Origin: Methanothrix sp.
Lineage (GTDB): Archaea; Halobacteriota; Methanosarcinia; Methanotrichales; Methanotrichaceae
Length of the DNA: 23,504 nucleotides
Direction: 5' to 3'
Assembly (NCBI GenBank): GCA_040770465.1
Contig: JAXGJB010000041.1
Span: 1 to 23,504 of the forward strand
Shown: positions 1 to 10,019 of the stretch, piece by piece
Layout: each line of letters starts with the position of its first letter
Position numbering within the stretch: position 1 is the stretch's first letter
Notes under the pieces: model-generated
Databases searched by the model: none
What the model was told of the DNA's origin: nothing
What the model saw: the letters and a program-made list of their open reading frames with translations, nothing else
Made by a program: the position numbers and the translations under genes

Positions 1-188
1 GTGATGAAGTCGCCTTTGGAAGTTTCGAACTCCGGAAAGCAGGCTGCAAAGAGCCCTTCGGCGCACTGCTTGGGGACTCCCACCACCTCCTTTCGGTCGA
101 TGAGGATGACTTCGTGGCCCATCTCCGAGAGAAAGCGGGCCGCGGTGCTCCCGGCGGGACCTGCGCCCACCACCGCTGCTGAATACAC
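1..188 (-). CDS. NAD(P)/FAD-dependent oxidoreductase, geranylgeranyl reductase family (5' part; runs off the window)
   Basis: Not in the ORF track. Hand translation from GTG at 188: MYSAAVVGAGPAGSTAARFLSEMGHEVILIDRKEVVGVPKQCAEG. It has the GxGxxG dinucleotide-binding motif and the GGR-type C(A/G)EG motif. Confidence 0.8.
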   Translation of the reverse strand, partial: MYSAAVVGAGPAGSTAARFLSEMGHEVILIDRKEVVGVPKQCAEGLFAACFPEFETSKGDFI

Positions 189-295
189 GTTGGTGGCTTC
201 TTTTCCAAAAGGGATCAAACTTTCGATTCGACGGCGGGACTCATTCTGTGGCGGTACCCGAAGAGTTTATCGTCTGAAAGTTCGTCCCGAGAAAT

Positions 296-1735
296 ATGAG
301 CATCGCCCGTCTCCTCAGATCGAAGCCCAAGCCGAGAATCGCCGAGAGCCCTCCGGTGAACATCCTGGAGCTGAAGAAGGACCCCTACTACATCGTCGCC
401 TCCGTGGAGGTGGGCAACAGCACCACAAAATGCATCCTCACCGCCACCAACATGAAGAACGGCCAGACCCGGATCGTCAACAAGACGGTGAAGATGACCA
501 GAGACGTGCGCAAGCCGAAGATCGGCGAGGACGTCTTCGCAAAGACCCTCTGCGGCACCCCCCTCACCCGGGAGTCGGTCTCAGAGCTCGTCCGTGACAC
601 GCTGCTTGAGAGCCACGCCAAGGCGAGGCTCTCCATCAAAGACGACCTGAACTTCGTCGTCCGATCGACGGGAGTCGTCGCCGGCTTCTCCTCCCCCGAC
701 GAGGTGGGCACCTTCATCCAGGCCCTCGCCGACGGCTGCCTCATAGCCGGCGTCCCCCCGAGGCTGATGACCCCGGCGATGGCGATCTACAACATCCCCG
801 ATCGGTTTCGGCCCTACAGCCTGATGGAGAAGATCGTATTCAACGGCCCCGTCGCCTCGGTCTTCCCCCCAAAGGGCTCGACCGGCGTTGAGATCGTCGC
901 AAACGAGATGGAGGGCGAGCTTGCCACCGCCGGGATAAAGGAGGGGTCGAAGTGGACCGACGTCGACTTTCGAAACCCGTGCCTGTCTCTAGACTTCGGG
1001 ACGACCCTCGACGGCAGGATCACCTCTGCGGAGCTCCCCTACTCGAACACCATAGGAAACTTCTGCGGCCTGGCGGGAGCGATCCCCGACGCCCTGATCC
1101 AGGGGACGGGGCTCGTCGACCCTCAGACCGGAACGACCCTCGACCTCTTTTCCGGAAAGAACGTCAAGATCGACAAGACCGCCCGGGAATACGCGAGGGT
1201 GATCGACGAGCAGATAAGGATCGAGAAGGTCCCCCTCGGCAGGACCAGGTACGGCAGCGTCCCCGTCGATCCCGCCGCCGCAGAGAAGATCGGGGTCGTC
1301 CTCATAGGCTGCGACGTCGGCGAGAACGGGAGCCAGCTCAACCGCCTCGCCCAGATCGGACGGGAGATCCACCAGGATAAGGGGCTGAAGACCCTCTTTG
1401 GGGCTATAGACGTCGCCGCGGCCATGACCGCCCGGCGTCTCGTGAAGGCGGCGATCGACGCGGGCCTCGTCACCAAAGATACGGCTATAGGGATCACCGG
1501 GAGGGCGGGGATCAGCGGAAACAAGCCGGAGCTTATCCTGGAGGAGATAGGTCAGCTAGGCCTCTACGACCAGCCGGAGAAGAACATCGTCTTCGTCGAC
1601 GACGGCCTCGCCCGGGGCGCTGCGGTGATGGCGAGGTGCATGAACTCCATGGGAACCCCCAAGCACCCTCTGGGGGGCCTCCGGGGCGGAGGCTGCATCC
1701 TCAAAAAGAGGATCGATTACGAGACGAGGACCTGA
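296..1735 (+). CDS. Methanogenesis marker protein 14 (DUF2114-like, ASKHA-type fold)
   Basis: 479 aa ORF. VASVEVGNSTTK and LDFGTTLDG resemble ASKHA phosphate-1 and phosphate-2 motifs. NEMEGEL and DDGLARGAAVMARCMNS match marker 14 as recalled. BRE/TATA-like cgaagagtttatc at about 259-271. Confidence 0.85.
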   Translation: MSIARLLRSKPKPRIAESPPVNILELKKDPYYIVASVEVGNSTTKCILTATNMKNGQTRIVNKTVKMTRDVRKPKIGEDVFAKTLCGTPLTRESVSELVRDTLLESHAKARLSIKDDLNFVVRSTGVVAGFSSPDEVGTFIQALADGCLIAGVPPRLMTPAMAIYNIPDRFRPYSLMEKIVFNGPVASVFPPKGSTGVEIVANEMEGELATAGIKEGSKWTDVDFRNPCLSLDFGTTLDGRITSAELPYSNTIGNFCGLAGAIPDALIQGTGLVDPQTGTTLDLFSGKNVKIDKTAREYARVIDEQIRIEKVPLGRTRYGSVPVDPAAAEKIGVVLIGCDVGENGSQLNRLAQIGREIHQDKGLKTLFGAIDVAAAMTARRLVKAAIDAGLVTKDTAIGITGRAGISGNKPELILEEIGQLGLYDQPEKNIVFVDDGLARGAAVMARCMNSMGTPKHPLGGLRGGGCILKKRIDYETRT

Positions 1736-1856
1736 TCGTCAGCTTATCGTCGTCTGATCATCAGGACGGTTCGACCTGACCTGACCGGATGCGGTTGCTG
1801 GCGGGATGCGAAATTGTGATGAGGAAACGCGGGAGATCGGATCGGGGATCGTCGAG

Positions 1857-2360
1857 ATGAAGGAATCCGTCGAGATGAAGGGACCTGGAGAAGGCGGCGA
1901 GGATCTACCTCTGAAGAGAGCCGAAGGACGAGGAATAGAGACCAGCTGTACCCTCCCTCCTAATTGGGGTGATGATAAGAGGCTGACGGGGCTGTACCCC
2001 AAGCCCATGGAGGGCGAGAAGATACCGATATCCTTCCTCAGCGCCGAGAAGAGGAGGATCGGCTGGTCGCCGGAGGAAGGAAAGAGCGTCCCGATCGATG
2101 GCGACACCGACGCCTCATCCCTCAAGCGAGTGAGGGATATAAACGAGGTTATGATCTTCAACTGGCTTTCAGGGAGGGAGGGGCTGATCGAGCTCTCCGA
2201 CCAGGAGATGGAAGGGCTGCTCGCGATCATCGAGGCGAAGAACGGCGAGCAGCTCGTCTATTCGCGGGAGAAGGTGAAGGGGAAGTACAAGCCGAAGTTC
2301 GACCTCGAAGAGGGAAAAGAGCCCCGAAGATGGCTTTTGTCGGAGCGGCTGAAAGAGTAG
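1857..2360 (+). CDS. Hypothetical protein (start uncertain: 1806, 1857 or 1875)
   Basis: ORF with host-like codon usage filling the gap between marker 14 and rpl15e. No family recognised. Confidence 0.65.
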   Translation: MKESVEMKGPGEGGEDLPLKRAEGRGIETSCTLPPNWGDDKRLTGLYPKPMEGEKIPISFLSAEKRRIGWSPEEGKSVPIDGDTDASSLKRVRDINEVMIFNWLSGREGLIELSDQEMEGLLAIIEAKNGEQLVYSREKVKGKYKPKFDLEEGKEPRRWLLSERLKE

Positions 2361-2412
2361 GTTGGTAGATTTGATCCATCTCTATCTCCGGAGATGCTCG
2401 GGCTTGAGGCCG

Positions 2413-2428
2413 GAAAAGGTTTATCTCC
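2413..2428 (+). promoter_or_regulatory. BRE/TATA promoter of the rpl15e-exosome superoperon
   Basis: gaaaaggtttatctcc: purine-rich BRE followed by tttat, about 70 nt upstream of the rpl15e start. Confidence 0.55.
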
Positions 2429-2448
2429 TATAAGCCGAGAGGGGCTCG

Positions 2449-2490
2449 GGTCCGGAATGTGGCCCACGTGGCCGAACCGGACTGAGGTGA
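2449..2490 (+). promoter_or_regulatory. Structured 5' leader of rpl15e (candidate eL15 ribosomal-protein leader) plus SD
   Basis: gtccgg (2450-2455) pairs with ccggac (2477-2482) and encloses the hairpin ggcc-cacgt-ggcc. SD gaggtga (2484-2490) follows directly. Confidence 0.45.
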
Positions 2491-2495
2491 AGCGA

Positions 2496-3083
2496 TTGAA
2501 GTCATTTTATGCATACATTCGTGACGCGTGGAAGACTCCCAGCGATAGCTACGTCGGCGAGCTGAGACAGGAGAGGCTCGTAGGGTGGAGGAGGGAGAGC
2601 TCCGTCCAGAAGATAGACCGCCCCACCAGGCTCGATCGGGCTCGGGCCCTCGGCTACAAGGCCAAGCAGGGCATAACCGTGGTGAGGGTCAAGGTCAGAC
2701 GCGGCGGCCGCCGGAAGTCCAGGTACATCCGCGGCAGAAGGTCCAAACACATGGGCGCAAACAAGATCACCCCCGGCAAGAGCCTCCAGAGGATCGCCGA
2801 GGAGAGGGCCGGCCGAAGGCACCCCAACATGGAGGTCTTGAACTCCTACTGGGTTGGGGAAGACGGAAAGCAGAAGTATTACGAGGTGATCCTCGTAGAC
2901 CCGAACCATCCGGCCATCGCCTCCGACTCCGACCTCGGTTGGGTCGTCGGTGGAAGCCACAGGGGCAGGGCGAACCGGGGCAAGACCAGCGCCGGAAAGC
3001 GGGGAAGGGGCCTGCGGAAGAAGGGCGTCGGAGCCGAGAAGGTCCGTCCCAGCATAAGGGCCAACGACAGCAGAGGAAAGTGA
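2496..3083 (+). CDS. rpl15e: 50S ribosomal protein L15e
   Basis: [32 protein letters not shown] and [12 protein letters not shown] are L15e signatures. Start placed at TTG 2496 after SD gaggtga. Confidence 0.97.
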   Translation: MKSFYAYIRDAWKTPSDSYVGELRQERLVGWRRESSVQKIDRPTRLDRARALGYKAKQGITVVRVKVRRGGRRKSRYIRGRRSKHMGANKITPGKSLQRIAEERAGRRHPNMEVLNSYWVGEDGKQKYYEVILVDPNHPAIASDSDLGWVVGGSHRGRANRGKTSAGKRGRGLRKKGVGAEKVRPSIRANDSRGK

Positions 3084-3084
3084 T

Positions 3085-3501
3085 TTGATTATCAGGGTGA
3101 CCTTTCGAGCCTTCGTCGCCTCCACCGAGGACGATGGGAAGGTGAGAGAGGCCCTATCCCTCTTCGTGCCGCAGGAATCTGTATCAGAAACCCGGGCCCT
3201 AGGCCACCATGGAAACGAGATCCTCATTTTGAGTTCGTCCCTCCGAAAGAAGGAGGGGCTGAAGTTCTTCGACCGGCTGAGGGAGATCCTCCCGGAGGGG
3301 GAGATGGAGCGGCTTCGCCGGGAGATCGATCTGCGGGTCGACGACGAGTGCAACCTCCACTTCCGTCTGGACAAGCAGGCCGCCTATCGGGGCGACGCCC
3401 GGCTGACGGACTCCGGCGACGCGATAACGGTATCGGCCCATCTTGAATCTTATCCTGCAAGGCGGGAGAGGGCGCTTCTGGTCGCCGGAGACCTCTTATG
3501 A
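3085..3501 (+). CDS. Predicted RNA-binding protein (DUF54/UPF0201 family)
   Basis: Motifs STEDDGKV, GHHGNEI, LHFRLDKQAAY and ESYPA. Canonical position between rpl15e and rnp3. Confidence 0.88.
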   Translation: MIIRVTFRAFVASTEDDGKVREALSLFVPQESVSETRALGHHGNEILILSSSLRKKEGLKFFDRLREILPEGEMERLRREIDLRVDDECNLHFRLDKQAAYRGDARLTDSGDAITVSAHLESYPARRERALLVAGDLL

Positions 3502-4181
3502 TCTATTACGAGCCCAACGTCCACAGCCTTCCCGAGGGCTCGGACTCGGCGAGCAGGATGGCCCTGGCCGCAAAGAAGCTCGGCTACTCGGGGATCATCA
3601 TATCAAACCACACTTCATCGGGCCGGCCCTTCGGCCTGGACGCCGTGGGGCTTGTGACAGGGATCGAGGTCGCCATCGGATCTGAGATCACAGCCTCCGA
3701 CCAGAGATCCCTCCACGCCAGGGCCGCCTCCCTCCGGGAGAGGGCCGACTTCATCGCCGTCCATGGTGGGGACGAGAAGATCAACCGGGCGGCGTGCGAG
3801 GACCCGAACGTGGACCTCCTCGCCCACCCTCACCGGGGAAGGGCCGGGATCGGAGTGGCGGCGGCCCGGGCCGCCCGGGACAACCAGGTGGCCATAGCCC
3901 TCGACCTCTCTCCCATGATCAGGCTCCGGGGAGCTGGCAGGGTCAGATGGATGGAGGCGGTCAAAAGGGACATGGGAGTGATCGAGAAGTTCGATCTCGA
4001 CATCATGATCACCACAGGCGCCCGGTCTCATCTGGACCTGCGGTCTCCCCGAGACCTGGTGGCCATGGCGGGCCTTCTGGGGCTGGAGAGGGACCGGGCC
4101 GTCGAGGCTCTCGCCCTGCCGAAGACGATCCTCGACCTCAACCGGAGGAGGTGGACGTCGGTGGGGGTGGAGCTCCTTTGA
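3498..4181 (+). CDS. rnp3: Ribonuclease P protein component 3 (Rpp30)
   Basis: PHP-like barrel motifs LGYSGI, VHGGDEKINRAACE and DLRSPRDL. Operon context fits. Confidence 0.93.
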   Translation: MIYYEPNVHSLPEGSDSASRMALAAKKLGYSGIIISNHTSSGRPFGLDAVGLVTGIEVAIGSEITASDQRSLHARAASLRERADFIAVHGGDEKINRAACEDPNVDLLAHPHRGRAGIGVAAARAARDNQVAIALDLSPMIRLRGAGRVRWMEAVKRDMGVIEKFDLDIMITTGARSHLDLRSPRDLVAMAGLLGLERDRAVEALALPKTILDLNRRRWTSVGVELL

Positions 4182-4714
4182 GAAGCTGGCTTCCGGTCCT
4201 CCGGAATCGGAGGAGGTACATCGCCTTCGAGCTGGAGGCCGAGGGTCGGGTCAGAGGAGGGGACCTGATGGCCGAGATCAGGGCAGCTCAGACCTCCCTC
4301 TTCGGAGACCTGGGCGCGGCAAATAACAGGCTCCGGATGATCACCTTTGACGGGAGGTTCGGCCTTCTCCGATGCCATCATACCAGGACGGAGGAGTGCA
4401 GAGCCCTCCTCGCCACCGTAAGCTCGGTGGTAGGGGCGAGGGCGGCGATAAGGGTTAGAGGGATTTCAGGTTCCATCAAGGCTGCGACAGAAAAGTATAT
4501 ACCGCAATCGACCTTACAGCCCGACGAAAATAAGAGAAGAGTCGATTTAGGTCCAGTTTCTGGGTCCGTGGTGCGCGTTATTGGTCGGGAGATCGACCTC
4601 TGTCCAGACGACCGGAAGATGACTGAAGGATCAGGCACACGATACGTGGGACTGACCTCTTTTGATTTATGCGGAGAGGATATTGATGCAGATGGCACCT
4701 CAGATGGGTTATGA
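4178..4714 (+). CDS. rnp2: Ribonuclease P protein component 2 (Pop5/Rpp14) with C-terminal extension
   Basis: 3' part of ORF 3794..4714. TTG at 4178 overlaps the rnp3 stop. Motifs [19 protein letters not shown] and GISGSIKAA. Confidence 0.9.
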   Translation: MRSWLPVLRNRRRYIAFELEAEGRVRGGDLMAEIRAAQTSLFGDLGAANNRLRMITFDGRFGLLRCHHTRTEECRALLATVSSVVGARAAIRVRGISGSIKAATEKYIPQSTLQPDENKRRVDLGPVSGSVVRVIGREIDLCPDDRKMTEGSGTRYVGLTSFDLCGEDIDADGTSDGL

Positions 4715-5444
4715 TAGGGCTATAACGGTGTTCAGCCCCGACGGGCGGCTGTTTCAGGTGGAGTACGCCCGCGAGGCAGTTAGGAGAGGCACCACCGCCG
4801 TGGGTATAAAGGCGGTCGACGGCGTGGCGGTCCTGGTGGACAAGAGGATCACGAGCAGGCTGATGGAACCCGAGTCGATAGAGAAGATCTTCCAGATCGA
4901 CCAGCACATAGGCGCCGCCACCTCAGGCCTCGTCGCCGACGCCCGAGTTCTCATCGACAGGGCTCGGGTCGAATCTCAGATCAACCGGCTCGTCTACGAC
5001 GAGAGCATCGGGGTCGAGGTCCTGGCCAAGAGGATCTGCGACTTCAAGCAGACCTACACCCAGTACGGAGGCGTCAGGCCCTTTGGAACGTCGCTTCTCA
5101 TCGTCGGCGCCGACGACGAGAGGGTCAGGCTCTTCGAGACCGACCCCAGCGGAGCCCTCCTGGAGTACAAGGCCACCGGGATCGGTGCAGGCCGGTCTGC
5201 AGTCATGGAGATCTTCGAGGAGAAGTACCGTGAGGATATGACCTGCGACCAGGCGATCCTCCTGGGCCTTGAGGCCCTCTACAAGGCCGCCGAGGGGAAG
5301 TTTGAGGCCTCCACCACCGAGATCGGAGTGATCAAGCTCGACGAGAAGCTATTCCGCAAGCTCGACGAGGCGGACGTCGCCGCCCGGGTGGCGGAGATGA
5401 AGGCCGGAATCGGCGGTGAGGGTGAGGGCGAAGGAGAGGCGTGA
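4686..5444 (+). CDS. psmA: Proteasome subunit alpha
   Basis: [25 protein letters not shown] signature. ATG at 4686 follows gagga. Confidence 0.98.
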   Translation: MQMAPQMGYDRAITVFSPDGRLFQVEYAREAVRRGTTAVGIKAVDGVAVLVDKRITSRLMEPESIEKIFQIDQHIGAATSGLVADARVLIDRARVESQINRLVYDESIGVEVLAKRICDFKQTYTQYGGVRPFGTSLLIVGADDERVRLFETDPSGALLEYKATGIGAGRSAVMEIFEEKYREDMTCDQAILLGLEALYKAAEGKFEASTTEIGVIKLDEKLFRKLDEADVAARVAEMKAGIGGEGEGEGEA

Positions 5445-5446
5445 GA

Positions 5447-6145
5447 ATGGTCACCCTGGAGGAGGCGGTGACGGCCAGGCTCAAGACCCACGGCACGGTC
5501 TTCGAGGTTCTGGTGGACCCTGAAGGTGCTCTTTCCTATCGTCAGGGCGACGAGGTGGACGTCGAGAAGATTCTGGCTGCCGAGGACATATTCGAGAACG
5601 CCAGCCGCGGCGATCGAAGCTCCGAAGAGGATCTGGTCCGGGCATTCGAGACGACCGACGTCTTCACGATAGCCGCCAAGATAATCAAGAAGGGCGACCT
5701 CCAGCTCACCTCAGAGCAGAGAAAGAGGATCATCGAGAACAAGAGACTGCAGGTCGTCAACCTCATAGCTCGGAACGCCATCAACCCCCAGACCGGGACT
5801 CCTCACCCCCCCACCAGGATCGAGCGGGCCATGGAAGAGGCTCGCGTCAACATCGACCCCACCAAGTCCGTCGAAGAGATGGTCACCGTCACCATGAAGG
5901 CTATAAGGCCTCTAATCCCGATAAGGTTCGATGAGGTGGACGTGGCCGTCAAGATACCGCCGTCCTACGCCCCAAAAGCTTACGGCGAGATCGCCACCTT
6001 CGGAAAGCTCCAGAAAGAGCAGTGGCAGAACGACGGGTCGTGGATCGGCGTGGTCCGGTTTCCGGCCGGGCTTCAGAACGAGTTTTACAGCCTCGTAAAC
6101 CGGCTCTCGAAGGGCGAGGCGGAGACGAAGCTTTTGAAACGATGA
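5447..6145 (+). CDS. Ribosome maturation factor SBDS/Sdo1
   Basis: Motifs ARLKTHGTVFEVLVDP, INPQTGTPHPPTRIERAMEEA and EQWQNDGSW. Confidence 0.96.
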   Translation: MVTLEEAVTARLKTHGTVFEVLVDPEGALSYRQGDEVDVEKILAAEDIFENASRGDRSSEEDLVRAFETTDVFTIAAKIIKKGDLQLTSEQRKRIIENKRLQVVNLIARNAINPQTGTPHPPTRIERAMEEARVNIDPTKSVEEMVTVTMKAIRPLIPIRFDEVDVAVKIPPSYAPKAYGEIATFGKLQKEQWQNDGSWIGVVRFPAGLQNEFYSLVNRLSKGEAETKLLKR

Positions 6146-6167
6146 CGATTTGATCGAGGATTTTAGA

Positions 6168-6845
6168 ATGGATCATAAGGACCGCAACGTGGTTGTGCCC
6201 GGAGACCAGCTCTCCGACGACCCCAAGAAGGCGGGAGAGGGCACTTACGTAAAGGACGGACGGGTCCGCTCGCTCCTCTACGGAATGGCCAGCAGCTACA
6301 AGGATAAGGTGCGAGTTATACCCCTCGCAGGAAAGTACGTCCCCTCACCGGGCGACACTGTGATAGGCACCGTCCAAGACATCGTCTTTTCAAACTGGAT
6401 CATAAACATAAATTCGCCTTACGAGGGTCTTCTCCATATATCCGAGCTGCCGAGAAAGATTGAGATGAACGAGATGTCCAAGTACCTGAGGATAGGCAGC
6501 TCCGTGATGGCTAGGGTCAAGGACGTCGACTCCACAATGAAAGTCGAGCTGACCATAAACGATCGGCGGCTTGGCATCCTGACGAGAGGACGGGTGGCTG
6601 AGATAAGCCCCACCAGGGTTCCTAGATTGATCGGGAAAGGCGGCTCCATGATTAACATGCTCAAAAAGGAGCTGAATTGTAACCTTTTCGTTGGGCAGAA
6701 TGGCAGGATCTGGGTCGACGGCAACGATGACGATATGGACCTGGCCCTGAAGACGATCCTCATCATAGAGAAAGAGGCTCATACTACGGGGCTCACCGAC
6801 AGGATAATGGAGTTTCTGAGATCTGAGAAAGAGGCCAGAAGTTGA
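6168..6845 (+). CDS. rrp4: Exosome complex RNA-binding protein Rrp4
   Basis: VVPGD N-terminal domain, S1 domain, and KH motif [11 protein letters not shown]...VGQNGRIW. Confidence 0.96.
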   Translation: MDHKDRNVVVPGDQLSDDPKKAGEGTYVKDGRVRSLLYGMASSYKDKVRVIPLAGKYVPSPGDTVIGTVQDIVFSNWIININSPYEGLLHISELPRKIEMNEMSKYLRIGSSVMARVKDVDSTMKVELTINDRRLGILTRGRVAEISPTRVPRLIGKGGSMINMLKKELNCNLFVGQNGRIWVDGNDDDMDLALKTILIIEKEAHTTGLTDRIMEFLRSEKEARS

Positions 6846-6850
6846 TCGGC

Positions 6851-7612
6851 ATGGAAGATAAGGTATCATTTTTCAAAGATGGATTGAGGCTCGACGGGAG
6901 GAGGCCCGACGAGCTTCGCCCCATCAAGATGGAGGTGGGCGTCCTGGCTCGAGCCGACGGTTCCTGCTACATGGAGATGGGCGACAACAGGGTTATAGCG
7001 GCCGTCTACGGCCCTCGGGAGGTTCATCCCCGGCATCTCCAGGAGGCCACCCGGGCGATAGTCCGGTATCGGTACAACATGGCATCCTTCTCCGTCGAGG
7101 AGAGAAAAAGGCCCGGTCCCGACCGGCGGAGCTACGAGGTCTCGAAGGTGAGCCGAGAAGCTCTCGAGCCGGTCATACTGACATCCTACTTCCCAAAGTC
7201 GGTGGTGGACATCTTCGTCGAGGTCCTCCAGGCCGACGCCGGCACCAGGACCGCCGGCATCAACGCGGCCTCGGTCGCCCTGGCGGACGCCGGAATCCCC
7301 ATGAAGAGCCTAATCTCCTCCTGCGCTGCGGGAAAGGTCGACGGCGAGATCGTCCTCGACCCCATGAAGATCGAGGACAACCTGGGGGAGGCGGACGTTC
7401 CCATCGCCATGACCCCCGGCGGGGATATCACCCTTCTGCAGATGGACGGACGGCTCACCCCCGAGGAGTTCAGACGCGCCCTGGAGCTGGCCAAGACCGG
7501 ATGCCAGCAGATTTACGAGATCCAGAGGAAGGTTCTGATCGACAGGTACAGCTCCATAAGTGGGTCCGAGTGCTCTGATGAGGCTTCTGCCCTGGCGGAG
7601 GAAGAGATATGA
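6851..7612 (+). CDS. rrp41: Exosome complex exonuclease Rrp41
   Basis: [24 protein letters not shown] and [13 protein letters not shown] (RNase PH phosphate site). Confidence 0.97.
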   Translation: MEDKVSFFKDGLRLDGRRPDELRPIKMEVGVLARADGSCYMEMGDNRVIAAVYGPREVHPRHLQEATRAIVRYRYNMASFSVEERKRPGPDRRSYEVSKVSREALEPVILTSYFPKSVVDIFVEVLQADAGTRTAGINAASVALADAGIPMKSLISSCAAGKVDGEIVLDPMKIEDNLGEADVPIAMTPGGDITLLQMDGRLTPEEFRRALELAKTGCQQIYEIQRKVLIDRYSSISGSECSDEASALAEEEI

Positions 7613-8388
7613 GTGACGTCGTGATGGCGGAGATCAGGAAGGACTATCTGTACCACCTGGTTCTGAAAGGTGAGAGGGCCGACGGCAGGGCCTTCGACGA
7701 GTACAGAGATATCGATGTCGAGACCGGTCCGATCAGGAAGGCCGACGGCAGCGCTCGCGTCAGGCTTGGAAAGACCCAGGTGATGGTGGGCGTTAAGATC
7801 CAGCCGGGAGAGCCCTTCTCGGACACTCCCAACAAGGGCGTTATCATCACCAACGCCGAGCTCGTCCCCCTCGCCTCCCCCAACTTCGAGCCAGGACCAC
7901 CCAACGAATTTGGGATCGAGCTCGCCCGGGTCGTCGATCGGGGCGTCAGGGAGTCTGGGGCCATCGACCTTGAGGCCCTCTGCATAACCCCTGGTGAGAA
8001 GGTCTGGATAGTATTCATAGACGTTCACATCCTCGACGACTGCGGGAACCTCATGGACGCCTCAAGCCTCGGCGCGATCGCGGCCCTGATGACGGCAAAG
8101 GTCCCCGCGGCCCAGTACAACCTCGGCGAAGATTACCCTCTGCCGGTGAAGGACGTCCCCGTAGCCACGACGGCCGTCGAGTTCGGCGGCGCCACAATCT
8201 TTGATCCCGACACCGACGAGGAGTCGGTGGCGGACACGAAGCTGACGGTTATAACCACCGCCGACGGGTCGGTGTGCGGAATGCAGAAGAGCGGCCCCGG
8301 ATTTATCAGCCAGGATCACATCTACCGCATCGTTGATATAGCATGTGAGAGGGCTAGGGAGATCCGGGAGAAGTTTCTGGAAGTATAA
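7609..8388 (+). CDS. rrp42: Exosome complex protein Rrp42
   Basis: [19 protein letters not shown] and [14 protein letters not shown]. Confidence 0.97.
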   Translation: MSDVVMAEIRKDYLYHLVLKGERADGRAFDEYRDIDVETGPIRKADGSARVRLGKTQVMVGVKIQPGEPFSDTPNKGVIITNAELVPLASPNFEPGPPNEFGIELARVVDRGVRESGAIDLEALCITPGEKVWIVFIDVHILDDCGNLMDASSLGAIAALMTAKVPAAQYNLGEDYPLPVKDVPVATTAVEFGGATIFDPDTDEESVADTKLTVITTADGSVCGMQKSGPGFISQDHIYRIVDIACERAREIREKFLEV

Positions 8389-8391
8389 ATC

Positions 8392-8673
8392 ATGGTCAAG
8401 AAGTTCAAGAAGGGAAGGAAGACCAGGTCCGCCGGAAGGTTTGGGCCGAGGTACGGAAGGAAGATCCGAAAGCTGGTCGCAGATATCGAGGAGAGGAGCA
8501 AGAAGAGGTACGACTGTCCCGTCTGCGGCCGGCTCCGGGTGAAGAGAGAGGGAACCGGCATCTGGAGGTGTACCAAGTGCGGTCACACCTTCGCCGGAGG
8601 AACCTACATACCCGTGACTTCCGTCGGCCAGTCCGTGGCCCGGTCCGTCAAGAGGGCTGTGGAGGCTGAATAA
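8392..8673 (+). CDS. rpl37ae: 50S ribosomal protein L37Ae (eL43)
   Basis: [13 protein letters not shown]...WRCTKC zinc ribbon, FAGGTY. Confidence 0.97.
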   Translation: MVKKFKKGRKTRSAGRFGPRYGRKIRKLVADIEERSKKRYDCPVCGRLRVKREGTGIWRCTKCGHTFAGGTYIPVTSVGQSVARSVKRAVEAE

Positions 8674-8674
8674 G

Positions 8675-8812
8675 TTGGCCTACAGGTGCACCAGATGCAA
8701 GAAGACCGTGGAGGTCGACTACGAGTACAGCGGCATCAGGTGTCCCTACTGCGGCCATCGGATCCTCATGAAGGAGAGGCCCACCACCGTCAAGAAGATG
8801 AAAGCGGTCTGA
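8675..8812 (+). CDS. rpoP: DNA-directed RNA polymerase subunit P (Rpo12)
   Basis: Absent from the ORF track because it is short. Hand translation from TTG 8675: [45 protein letters not shown] (45 aa). Canonical position after rpl37ae. Confidence 0.96.
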   Translation: MAYRCTRCKKTVEVDYEYSGIRCPYCGHRILMKERPTTVKKMKAV

Positions 8813-9225
8813 TGCGGTTTTCCACCTCGAGGAAGCCCTCGCCCCGGACGAGGAGGCTTGCCCGAACCCTGGCAGGCTTCTTCGGCGCCGAGTACGTGAC
8901 CCGCGGCAAGGCCGGTCTCGACGACGGGGACATCTGGATGGTGGTCGTCGAGGAAGACGGAAACCCCGCCGGCCTCGCCAAACGGTTCGGAGGCGACGAG
9001 ACGGTCCTTCGTTTCACCGTCGCCGTCGAGGGCGGGTCGAAGAGGTTGAAGATGGACCGACCCGTGGTGGTGGGCGCCGGAAAGGACGCCCGCGATGTGG
9101 CGGAGTTCTTCGGCCTCGACCTTTCGGCCGAAGGCGAGGCGGGAAGGAAGATCAGGGTATCAGACCGCGAGATCGAGTTTCTCGACGGCAGAGAGCTGGT
9201 CCTCAGGCTGAACAGGACGGGCTGA
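8812..9225 (+). CDS. Brix/Imp4-like ribosome biogenesis protein (short form)
   Basis: ATG overlaps the rpoP stop (TGATG). STSRKPSPRTRRLA...YVTRGK...EEDGNP is the Brix N-terminal pattern. Confidence 0.82.
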   Translation: MRFSTSRKPSPRTRRLARTLAGFFGAEYVTRGKAGLDDGDIWMVVVEEDGNPAGLAKRFGGDETVLRFTVAVEGGSKRLKMDRPVVVGAGKDARDVAEFFGLDLSAEGEAGRKIRVSDREIEFLDGRELVLRLNRTG

Positions 9226-9269
9226 ACAGATCAGGCCGAGCAGGAAAGGCTGAGGGCCGGGATGAATAA

Positions 9270-9497
9270 ATGAAGGGCGAAGCTGAGATCGTCTTCGAGG
9301 TGGAACAGCCCGCTGGGGTCCTCGCGGCCCTGGTCCCCGAGGCCGAGGACCGGATATCGAGGAGCGAGGTTCTCCTTGCGGCCTGCGAGGAGGGGATCCG
9401 CCTCAAGATCGAGAGCGAGGACGTGGTGTCCCTCAGGGCCGCCCTGAACACGTGGATCAGATTGGTCGATATAGCAATCAAGATGGTGAATGTATGA
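9270..9497 (+). CDS. pcc1: KEOPS complex subunit Pcc1
   Basis: 75 aa with IESEDVVSLRAALNTWIRL. Sits directly before prefoldin beta. Confidence 0.9.
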   Translation: MKGEAEIVFEVEQPAGVLAALVPEAEDRISRSEVLLAACEEGIRLKIESEDVVSLRAALNTWIRLVDIAIKMVNV

Positions 9498-9856
9498 GCA
9501 CCGAATTGCCACCCCAGGTACAAAACCAGATAGCACAGCTTCAGCAGCTTCAGCAGCAGGCACAGGCGCTGCTGGGCCAGAAAAACCAGATAGAGATGAT
9601 GATCCGGGAGAATGAGTCCGCGGTAAAGGAGCTTGAGGCGAGCGACGAGGGAGCGGTTATTTATAAGAGCGTCGGCGAGGTACTCTTCAAGGCCGATCGG
9701 ACGAAGCTGATCGAGGAGTTCAAGGACAAAAAGGAGGTCTTAGACCTTCGGCTCAAGACCCTCGAAAAGCAGGAGGAGCGGATCCAGAAGAGGTTCACCC
9801 AGCTCCAGGATCAGCTGAAGGTGTCACTGGGCCAGAAGGTGCCAGAGGCGGCCTGA
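9494..9856 (+). CDS. pfdB: Prefoldin subunit beta
   Basis: ELPPQVQNQIAQLQQLQQQ, IYKSVG and coiled coils. ATG 9494 overlaps the pcc1 stop. Confidence 0.96.
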   Translation: MSTELPPQVQNQIAQLQQLQQQAQALLGQKNQIEMMIRENESAVKELEASDEGAVIYKSVGEVLFKADRTKLIEEFKDKKEVLDLRLKTLEKQEERIQKRFTQLQDQLKVSLGQKVPEAA

Positions 9857-9898
9857 AATTAATTCGATTCGATTTGGATTCGATTTCGGCTATGTAGC

Positions 9899-9973
9899 GG
9901 GCCCGTGGCTTAGCCAGGATATAGCACCGGGCTTCTAACCCGGGGGTCGTGGGTTCGAATCCCACCGGGTCCG
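9899..9973 (+). tRNA. tRNA-Arg (TCT)
   Basis: Acceptor GGGCCCG/CGGGTCC+G, anticodon arm CCGGG-CTTCTAA-CCCGG, T arm GTGGG-TTCGAAT-CCCAC. CCA not encoded. Confidence 0.97.
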
Positions 9974-10019
9974 CCTGCTACTTAAATTTGTTTAAAATGC
10001 ATTTTTCGAGGGATCTATC

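Noticed and set aside
1-597. 198-aa plus-strand ORF
   Set aside because: Antisense to the GGR-like gene and off-frame to marker 14. No recognisable motifs.
1755-1830. Possible C/D box RNA (ctga copies at 1776/1781, gtgatga at 1816)
   Set aside because: Boxes are in the wrong order and spacing.
3794-4177. Apparent N-terminal extension making a 306-aa Pop5
   Set aside because: Off-frame overlap with rnp3. Pop5 similarity begins at TTG 4178.
5413-5441. GEGEGEGE tail on PsmA
   Set aside because: Variable acidic tails are common on archaeal proteasome alpha subunits.
8686-8811. N-terminal extension of the Brix-like ORF
   Set aside because: Overlaps the real rpoP in another frame.
9862-9888. 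Short gattcgatt repeats before tRNA-Arg
   Set aside because: Too short and degenerate. Likely a T-rich spacer or slippage.
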